Positions 58,309 to 64,000 of a stretch of DNA of 64,000 nucleotides are shown here, one piece after another; positions within the stretch are counted from its first letter, which is position 1, and each line of letters starts with the position of its first letter. The notes under the pieces are model-generated. The model made no database searches. It was not told where the DNA came from and was given only the letters and a program-made list of their open reading frames with translations. The position numbers were made by a program, and so were the translations under genes. The stretch spans positions 2,613 through 66,612 of IMG/VR virus record IMGVR_UViG_3300032116_000159. One strand, 5' to 3'. This DNA is from a virus.

Positions 58309-58340
58309 TAAAAATAGAAGTCTTTTCTGAGATATCCAAA
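58309..58340 (-). promoter_or_regulatory. Bacteroidota-type promoter
   Basis: TTTG-N20-TATTTTTA; palindrome TCCAAAT-T-ATTTGGA overlaps the -33 element. Confidence 0.55.
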
Positions 58341-58361
58341 TTATTTGGAATCTTTTTTTAA

Positions 58362-58550
58362 TTATTTTTCGATTAATAATTTAAGTTCATGTGCGGCCTG
58401 ACGTATACTTGAATTCAAGTAACCGACCTCGTATGCGATTTGTGAATGGACATCGTCAGAATATGCACGAGAGGATTCCAGTGCGGTTTTCTCTATCGAT
58501 TCAATGAATCCGATAATTTCTACTAATCTGTTTTCTGTTTCTCTATTCAT
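58362..58550 (-). CDS. Hypothetical protein
   Basis: Start reassigned to MNRETE at 58550. Confidence 0.65.
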   Translation of the reverse strand: MNRETENRLVEIIGFIESIEKTALESSRAYSDDVHSQIAYEVGYLNSSIRQAAHELKLLIEK

Positions 58551-58552
58551 GA

Positions 58553-58750
58553 TTATCGTTTTACAGGTAAACCTAATTGCGCAGCTGCGTAATTTATATG
58601 TTTTTGCGTTGTCACCGACCACCAACCTAATTGATGTAATGCAACACCTGGTTCGACACGTGCAACTAATGTATCATACGATTTAACGTATTCGAAGCCG
58701 TCAAGTCCGTAGGCCAATTGAAGATTCATTTTGTACTTTGGAAATTTCAT
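58553..58750 (-). CDS. Hypothetical early protein
   Basis: SYDTLVA...WSVTTQKHINY. Confidence 0.7.
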   Translation of the reverse strand: MKFPKYKMNLQLAYGLDGFEYVKSYDTLVARVEPGVALHQLGWWSVTTQKHINYAAAQLGLPVKR

Positions 58751-59083
58751 GTTTTAATTATTTAAGTGTGATTAATTGAAAATATAACTTGTAACATCGG
58801 CTGTTTAGTCTTTGATATGATAGCTATATTGCCATCCGCAATCATCATCGAAGTCGGAATACTCTTCTACATTTGCATTGTGTCCAAGTATCTGTTTCAG
58901 TTTTCCGATACTGATTTGTTGCCAGTATCCGAATCTAAAATACATGTGAGGATCGGTACCCCACGTCAGATCGATATCGAATTCACCGAACACTTTTTCG
59001 ATCTCTTTTAATTTTTCAATATAAAGTCTCATGTTAATTATTTAAGTGATTATTTAAAATTGTAACTTGTAACATCGGCGGTT
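58748..59083. repeat. Imperfect ~55-bp direct repeats (58748-58805 and 59030-59083) flanking one gene
   Basis: Both copies contain TTAATTATTTAAGTG and TAACTTGTAACATCGGC. Confidence 0.8.
58805..59032 (-). CDS. Hypothetical early protein
   Basis: 75 aa; RFGYW, DDDCGWQYSY. Confidence 0.7.
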   Translation of the reverse strand: MRLYIEKLKEIEKVFGEFDIDLTWGTDPHMYFRFGYWQQISIGKLKQILGHNANVEEYSDFDDDCGWQYSYHIKD

Positions 59084-59250
59084 AATTGACGGAATGTTTT
59101 AGGTTGCATGATTCTTTGCAACGAGGTTGCTGTAACATATTCTTGACCGTTAAACTCGATAATACCGACCCATTCGATTGATTTAACAAGGCGATATTTT
59201 CTCATCGACTTCGCCCAATTGATGACTTCCGTTCTTTTTAATAACTGCAT
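59050..59250 (-). CDS. Hypothetical early protein
   Basis: 66 aa, directly behind a consensus promoter. Confidence 0.65.
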   Translation of the reverse strand: MQLLKRTEVINWAKSMRKYRLVKSIEWVGIIEFNGQEYVTATSLQRIMQPKTFRQLTADVTSYNFK

Positions 59251-59264
59251 ATTTGTTGTTTTTG

Positions 59265-59355
59265 ATTACATAACAAATATAGGGCGTTACGGCTTACGAT
59301 GCAACCTTTTCCGACAAAATGTTCGATTGAAGATTCTGAGAAATCCAAATATTAT
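59265..59355 (-). promoter_or_regulatory. 91-bp early-promoter cassette, copy 1
   Basis: GTTG-N20-TATATTTG; colinear with 63844-63934. Confidence 0.8.
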
Positions 59356-59792
59356 TTTGTGGGGTTGTCACTGTCGATATACTTCGACCATACATCTTGT
59401 TTGACTCGACGTCGTGTTCGGCGCTTCGGTTTAGGCAGTTCAGTTTCGAGTTCATCGAGTAGTGTACTGACTGCAAGTTCTGATTCGATTTCATCTAAAC
59501 GACTCAGTACACGCATCGCATAATGGCAGTCTTCGTACCTTTCTGCAGCGACAAGATGTGCGATATTTTTTTCGATTGTGGTACGATACTCTTTCGGGTC
59601 GATTATAATTTCGAGTGATGCCGCTATATCTTCGACATCGATTTGAAAACCCGGTTCATAAGACGGATCGTTGTGGTGTTCGATCGCAACAGCAATTTCA
59701 TCGATTATGTAACGGGAAAACTCAGGTGCTTCCGGTCCATGTATCATATCACGTAATTGCTGTTGCGTTTCGAGTCGTATACGTCTTTGCAT
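59352..59792 (-). CDS. Hypothetical protein with UVR-like motif
   Basis: LVAAERYEDC; basic tail KPKRRTRRR. Confidence 0.65.
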   Translation of the reverse strand: MQRRIRLETQQQLRDMIHGPEAPEFSRYIIDEIAVAIEHHNDPSYEPGFQIDVEDIAASLEIIIDPKEYRTTIEKNIAHLVAAERYEDCHYAMRVLSRLDEIESELAVSTLLDELETELPKPKRRTRRRVKQDVWSKYIDSDNPTK

Positions 59793-59801
59793 AAAGAGAG
59801 A

Positions 59802-60083
59802 TTATTTCCAAACTGCGCTACCGTCACTTGTTACGTACTGTCCACGATTGTGGCGGCGTATTACACCTTTCATAGCGGCAGCGATTTGAGTTTCCATTTC
59901 ATCACGGAAACGATTTAACTGGCGGTCATCCATTGTACGTACCGATGGGCCCATACCGCTCTGAAAAGAAAAATATTGGTCGACGATTTCCCGTGCCATT
60001 TTTTTAAGGTCAAGTACCTGTGCCTCTTCGAGTTCCTGACGGACCGTTTCCTTTATAATTCTGCGCAAATCTGAGTGTGTCAT
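59802..60083 (-). CDS. Candidate head cargo protein
   Basis: MTHSDLRRIIKETVRQELEE; TAAGGA SD. Confidence 0.7.
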   Translation of the reverse strand: MTHSDLRRIIKETVRQELEEAQVLDLKKMAREIVDQYFSFQSGMGPSVRTMDDRQLNRFRDEMETQIAAAMKGVIRRHNRGQYVTSDGSAVWK

Positions 60084-60091
60084 CGGTATCC

Positions 60092-60409
60092 TTATTGCGG
60101 TTCGTATTCATCGAAACGTTTCTGCAATGCAGTACCGGCATCCTCACCGAATCGTATTGTGTACTGATCGAGTAGTTGTTTGAGAAAACCGTCACGTTGC
60201 TTTGTGTACACGAGACGCTTCTTCGGATCCGATTCCGATTTCAGTCTTTGAGCAAGTGTGCGTAAAGACGAGAAAGAACGATCTTCCAACGCCTTAGCCA
60301 GTGCCACGACGGCATCATTATACATATCACGTCGCAGTAAACGATCGGTTTCCGATTCTACACGTTTCGGGTCGACAACTACCGCTTCAAATAAATCACG
60401 TAATTTCAT
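60092..60409 (-). CDS. Candidate head cargo protein
   Basis: MKLRDLFE; AAGGA SD. Confidence 0.7.
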   Translation of the reverse strand: MKLRDLFEAVVVDPKRVESETDRLLRRDMYNDAVVALAKALEDRSFSSLRTLAQRLKSESDPKKRLVYTKQRDGFLKQLLDQYTIRFGEDAGTALQKRFDEYEPQ

Positions 60410-60428
60410 GGTGTTCCTTTTTTATCGA

Positions 60429-60707
60429 TTATCGGATTCGAACTTTATTTTTATCGACCAGATCATCGATGAACTTTTTCGAATCAGATTTCGTGTCGTA
60501 GTTTTTAAGTTGATTTACAATTAAATCGAAGGCCTTCTTTCCTGAACTTCCTTTTGCTTGTGTTATAAGGAGTGTTCGCCCGCCGGGGAATTCAAGTGTT
60601 ACTCTATGCATTTGCGGGTCGGAGGTATCTACTTTGTGACCTATGACCTCCGAAGATTCAGTTAAAGCCCGTCGGACTTCTTCTTTAATGATTTGTTGCA
60701 ATTTCAT
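60429..60707 (-). CDS. Candidate head cargo protein
   Basis: MKLQQIIKEEVRRALTE. Confidence 0.7.
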   Translation of the reverse strand: MKLQQIIKEEVRRALTESSEVIGHKVDTSDPQMHRVTLEFPGGRTLLITQAKGSSGKKAFDLIVNQLKNYDTKSDSKKFIDDLVDKNKVRIR

Positions 60708-60809
60708 GGTATCTCTTTTTATTCAGTTTCAAATTAGTTCGACGAAGTCGAACAGAGTCCGACCGCAATCGTTTCACCGTGTGTACCGTTCGGTACCTTC
60801 GGTACGGCG

Positions 60810-61112
60810 TTAACCGCGTCGCGTCGCTTCGATTTCTTTACCGATCGCTTCGATCACTTTAGGAAACTCACGGGCCCATTCACCGTCTTTGACAATGCGG
60901 TATGCGTCTTCTAAAGCACGGTTAGCACGTTGGAGGTTCTGCTGCGACGGCGCCGCGTTTTTCTCTTCGACGAATACACGGAGTTCCCGTAGAAACTCCC
61001 ACATTTGTTGATAGAACAAACCGAACCGTGGTCGGAGGTTTTCGCTTTCCCAACCGGCTGCTTCACGGAGTTGCCGACGGACTTGTTCCGGTGTTAAATG
61101 GTTTAGATTCAT
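60810..61112 (-). CDS. Candidate head cargo protein
   Basis: LTPEQVRRQLRE; AAGG SD. Confidence 0.7.
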   Translation of the reverse strand: MNLNHLTPEQVRRQLREAAGWESENLRPRFGLFYQQMWEFLRELRVFVEEKNAAPSQQNLQRANRALEDAYRIVKDGEWAREFPKVIEAIGKEIEATRRG

Positions 61113-61156
61113 GTGTGCCTTTTTATTTCTTCACGGACTGTTTGTTTTAGTTTCAT
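61109..61156 (-). other. 15-codon mini-ORF encoding only the cargo leader motif
   Basis: ATG at 61156 gives MKLKQTVREEIKRHT*, with an ATGA overlap onto the 61112 start. Confidence 0.45.
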
Positions 61157-61162
61157 TGAGTT

Positions 61163-61945
61163 TCATTCCTGTGATTCAAATTTAGCAGTTACACCCAATG
61201 TATCAAATGTTGCAGACAAGTCCTTTTCCAATTCATCAAGTGTTTCAGGCTCTTCAGGAAAAAACCAATAACCCTTTCTTGCATTCCAATAGGCAATGAG
61301 TTGATGATCTTCAATGATGTCTTTGATTGTATTGTTATCAATAGGTGTACGACCTTTCACAACCAGGCCAGGACCCGTAAAATCAGCACCATACGACTCA
61401 TTCATTAATACAAATTCAGGATCTTTTTCATATGCAATTTTACCCCCGTCCAATTCCCATTTACCATTACCTAATTTTTTTACAATTTTGTTTATTTTAG
61501 GTTTGGCGGTTTTTAGGTTTTTATATTGTACAGACTTTCCAATTGCCCATTCAGATGCCTCATTAACACGCGCAGCGGAAACAGAGTTTGACACCTTCCT
61601 ACCTTTATTAGAATGCGCAAGGAGTCCGCGCCTAACTTCTTCCGCAATGATTTGCTTTAGATTCATGGGGTTTATGCTTTCGGTTACCGATTTATAATCA
61701 TTATACAATTTTTCGATTTGTCTTATCAATAGGCGTTCACCCTCATCCCATGTTTTAAAGGTTTTGGCATTGACACCGGCAGCACCGGCAATAAAGCCCA
61801 TTGCACGTTGCCATTTAACATCGTTGTCACGGTGTAAGCTATCGAAATATTTTGTTACGACGGCATCGGACCATTTCCCGTTCAATGCATTTAATATGCC
61901 TTGGCCGTGTTTCGATTGAAAAAAATCGCGGGTTCTTCTATTCAT
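61163..61945 (-). CDS. Modular candidate cargo polyprotein
   Basis: Internal MNLKQIIAEEVRRGLL leader and SVTE/RVNE/LMNE junctions between modules. Confidence 0.7.
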   Translation of the reverse strand: MNRRTRDFFQSKHGQGILNALNGKWSDAVVTKYFDSLHRDNDVKWQRAMGFIAGAAGVNAKTFKTWDEGERLLIRQIEKLYNDYKSVTESINPMNLKQIIAEEVRRGLLAHSNKGRKVSNSVSAARVNEASEWAIGKSVQYKNLKTAKPKINKIVKKLGNGKWELDGGKIAYEKDPEFVLMNESYGADFTGPGLVVKGRTPIDNNTIKDIIEDHQLIAYWNARKGYWFFPEEPETLDELEKDLSATFDTLGVTAKFESQE

Positions 61946-61956
61946 GAAAAATTCCT

Positions 61957-62316
61957 TTATTTCTTTCGGCCTAATCGGTACTGCCCTCGCATTCCCTGTC
62001 GCACTTTCGGATCTTCGAAATCGGCGTATTTGCCGGCTTTGATTCCCCGTTTAACATAGATCACAAGATCACGGAGTTTGCCGAAACCACGCATACCACG
62101 TCCACGCTCCCAGTCATCGATCATCATGGTACCGGGTTCCTGTTCGTCGAATTCGATCGGAATTCCGATATCGTCACCTTCATATGTTAGATAGGTGAAC
62201 TGGCCTGAACCGTCGATCTGATACCCCATGAATTTCGGATTCATGTTCTCTTCACGGAGTTGTCTTTGGACTTCTTCACGGATTAATTTTTTCAGTAATA
62301 ATGCTTTCTCGTTCAT
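61957..62316 (-). CDS. Candidate head cargo protein
   Basis: Start reassigned to MNEKALLLKKLIREEVQRQLREE at 62316; GAGGA SD. Confidence 0.7.
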   Translation of the reverse strand: MNEKALLLKKLIREEVQRQLREENMNPKFMGYQIDGSGQFTYLTYEGDDIGIPIEFDEQEPGTMMIDDWERGRGMRGFGKLRDLVIYVKRGIKAGKYADFEDPKVRQGMRGQYRLGRKK

Positions 62317-62344
62317 TGTGTTCCTCATTGTGTTCCGTATCGGT

Positions 62345-62662
62345 TTATCGTTTAACAATGCGTGCGTCTTTGCCTTCGCCTTCAATACGACCAGCTGCAT
62401 ACATCGCTTTCACATAGTCGACCATTTCTTGGTTGGTTCCACGTAACGGTTTGTCGGCACCGTCGATCCAATAGCCACCCATGTCGTAGTCGAATTCGTA
62501 GGCGATGACCGGCTTACCGTCTAACTTAACGATACCTAAGTTACCCTCTCGTCCACCGGAACCCGCTTCTGCTGTCCATTTCTCTTCACGCAGTAAGCCG
62601 GTCTGTCTACGGATCTCTTCGCGTATTAACGCCTTCAGTCGTTGTACATTCTTTGTTTGCAT
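62345..62662 (-). CDS. Candidate head cargo protein
   Basis: RLKALIREEIRRQTGLLREE; AAGGA SD; late motif at 62682-62691. Confidence 0.7.
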   Translation of the reverse strand: MQTKNVQRLKALIREEIRRQTGLLREEKWTAEAGSGGREGNLGIVKLDGKPVIAYEFDYDMGGYWIDGADKPLRGTNQEMVDYVKAMYAAGRIEGEGKDARIVKR

Positions 62663-62681
62663 TGCATATCCTTTTTTTACT

Positions 62682-62691
62682 AATATATATC
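62682..62691 (-). promoter_or_regulatory. Putative late promoter GATATATATT heading the cargo island
   Basis: Variant of the recurring motif 20 nt upstream of the ATG. Confidence 0.55.
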
Positions 62692-62963
62692 GATTCCGGT
62701 TGGAAGCGCAGCGATACCGCCCGGAAAGATTCGCTATGGTGGAAAAAACCGTCCGCGCAAGATGGAACGGTATTACTACCCCTCAAAAAAGGGCCAATAC
62801 CCATATATACACGAAATATCGTACCCTACCCCCTATCGACCGGGTATTGGTAGGGTCACCCACCTTATCTACACGGATCCCGGAGGTCACCGCTCTTAGC
62901 TGACGCCTACTGTAGGTAAAGGGGGTTAGTGCCGTTTGACCGGTACCCACCCCTCTTAGGCTG

Positions 62964-63251
62964 TCATGGCTGATGGGTGACCTCAGTATCGGACCGTTCC
63001 ACCGTTGTTGCACCTGTTGTCCATGCAAAGGTTTGACCGTATATACTGTAACCGGCTATCGCGTGTTCTGTAAGGGCTGATTGGTACGCCTCTTCTGTGC
63101 TGTACGCAGTTAACTGAATTGTACCGGACAGACAATTCTTTTCTTTCCGTTTAGCATCCCTCAGTGATAACTGACCGTAGGCTTTATAGTAACCACCATT
63201 AGGTAATTGAGGATTGTGCTGCCATCCGATGTAATAACTTTGCTTTTTCAT
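62964..63251 (-). CDS. Hypothetical early protein
   Basis: HNPQL..YYKAYGQLS; no SD. Confidence 0.65.
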   Translation of the reverse strand: MKKQSYYIGWQHNPQLPNGGYYKAYGQLSLRDAKRKEKNCLSGTIQLTAYSTEEAYQSALTEHAIAGYSIYGQTFAWTTGATTVERSDTEVTHQP

Positions 63252-63253
63252 GA

Positions 63254-63466
63254 TTATTGATTTTCGATTATATACGGTTCATAAATCTTTTGCAGCTCCG
63301 CATCTTCTATCCATGCGTCATTGGGAACATATCGGTCTATTAATTCCATCATTGCTCCCAACTGTCTGAATTGCTCTCTTGCAACATCACTGTCTGACAG
63401 ATTGTATGTATTGATTTTCAAATCATGTATCAGTGACTTCATTACTATTCTTACTTTTGTTTCCAT
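63254..63466 (-). CDS. Hypothetical early protein
   Basis: 70 aa; A-rich leader without SD. Confidence 0.65.
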   Translation of the reverse strand: METKVRIVMKSLIHDLKINTYNLSDSDVAREQFRQLGAMMELIDRYVPNDAWIEDAELQKIYEPYIIENQ

Positions 63467-63487
63467 GTTCGATTACTTTTTATTTAT

Positions 63488-63838
63488 TTAATTGATTGAG
63501 GTTTTTTGTTCACCGGTAACCCATCCGGCATGAACCCAACATTTGAGATCTTCTACCCATCCTTCTGAATGTAAATGATACCATTCAGGCTTGAGATAAA
63601 TAATCATATATCCGGCGTCATTGTCTTCAATGTCAATGAGTCCTTTCTTGACCAGGTTTGCTAATACTCCCCTGACTGATTTGATTGGAATGCCTGTATC
63701 ATGGGCAATGTCTGTTGCATCTACATCACTGAAACCAGCTTCGGCATACAAGCCGTTGATTAATGATTGTAAACACTGGCTCTCCATCTCCGTGAGGCCT
63801 AACTTTTGAATTGATTCTTTAATTGTCATTGTTATCAT
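63488..63838 (-). CDS. Winged helix-turn-helix protein
   Basis: LTEME...L..L...ATDIAHDTGIPIKSVRGVLANLVKKGLI. Confidence 0.8.
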   Translation of the reverse strand: MITMTIKESIQKLGLTEMESQCLQSLINGLYAEAGFSDVDATDIAHDTGIPIKSVRGVLANLVKKGLIDIEDNDAGYMIIYLKPEWYHLHSEGWVEDLKCWVHAGWVTGEQKTSIN

Positions 63839-63843
63839 TTTTA

Positions 63844-63934
63844 ATTACATAACAAATATAGGGCCTTTTAGAATACGAGGCAACCTTTTTATGCAAAATG
63901 TTCAATTGAAGATTTAGGGAACACCAAATATTAT
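63844..63934 (-). promoter_or_regulatory. 91-bp early-promoter cassette, copy 2
   Basis: GTTG-N20-TATATTTG; colinear with 59265-59355. Confidence 0.8.
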
Positions 63935-63941
63935 ATGGCAT

Positions 63942-63966
63942 AAAAAAAGCCCGTCTTTTCCGGGCT
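63942..63966 (-). terminator. Intrinsic terminator
   Basis: AGCCCG/CGGGCT stem followed by a U-run on the minus strand. Confidence 0.8.
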
Positions 63967-64000
63967 GTGTCAGATAAGTTCTCTGGCTTAATGGACCAGA

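Noticed and set aside
62505-63028. ORFs crossing the GC-rich spacer (62505-62903, 62607-62804, 62653-62853, 62783-63028)
   Set aside because: Mutually overlapping, overlap real genes, and lack RBS or recognisable motifs
1-64000. tRNA, rRNA, integrase or transposase genes
   Set aside because: No cloverleaf with T-loop consensus or recombinase motif was seen by eye; a tRNAscan run would be needed to exclude tRNAs fully

Overview
A 64-kb segment of a large lytic myovirus with a divergent T4-like head module. Essentially every credible gene is on the minus strand. The window holds collagen-like and beta-rich fibre genes, the head and packaging block (terminase, portal, gp21 protease, scaffold, gp23 capsid) with an embedded ribosomal protein bS21 gene, a fused Mre11-Rad50 (gp47/gp46) nuclease, primase, a baseplate block (gp5-, gp25- and gp6-like plus several paralogues), a gp55-like late sigma factor, endolysin, PhoH, QueD and small hypothetical genes. 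Promoters of the TTTG-N19/20-TAnnTTTG type, a CQKDE lipoprotein signal and SD-less early genes point to a Bacteroidota host. Most notable patterns: (1) about 20 unrelated small proteins share an amphipathic L/I-K/R-x-x-I-x-E leader ending in a gp21-type (L/I/V)-x-E site, suggesting a capsid-cargo system with its own repeat-flanked island; (2) late genes mostly carry Shine-Dalgarno sequences while host-promoter genes do not, next to phage bS21; (3) a pervasive [S/T]-[G/A/S]-S motif is concentrated in virion-surface proteins; (4) the late promoter is the reverse complement of the T4 one; (5) TAG is unused. All functional calls are by eye from motifs and synteny; no database searches were run.
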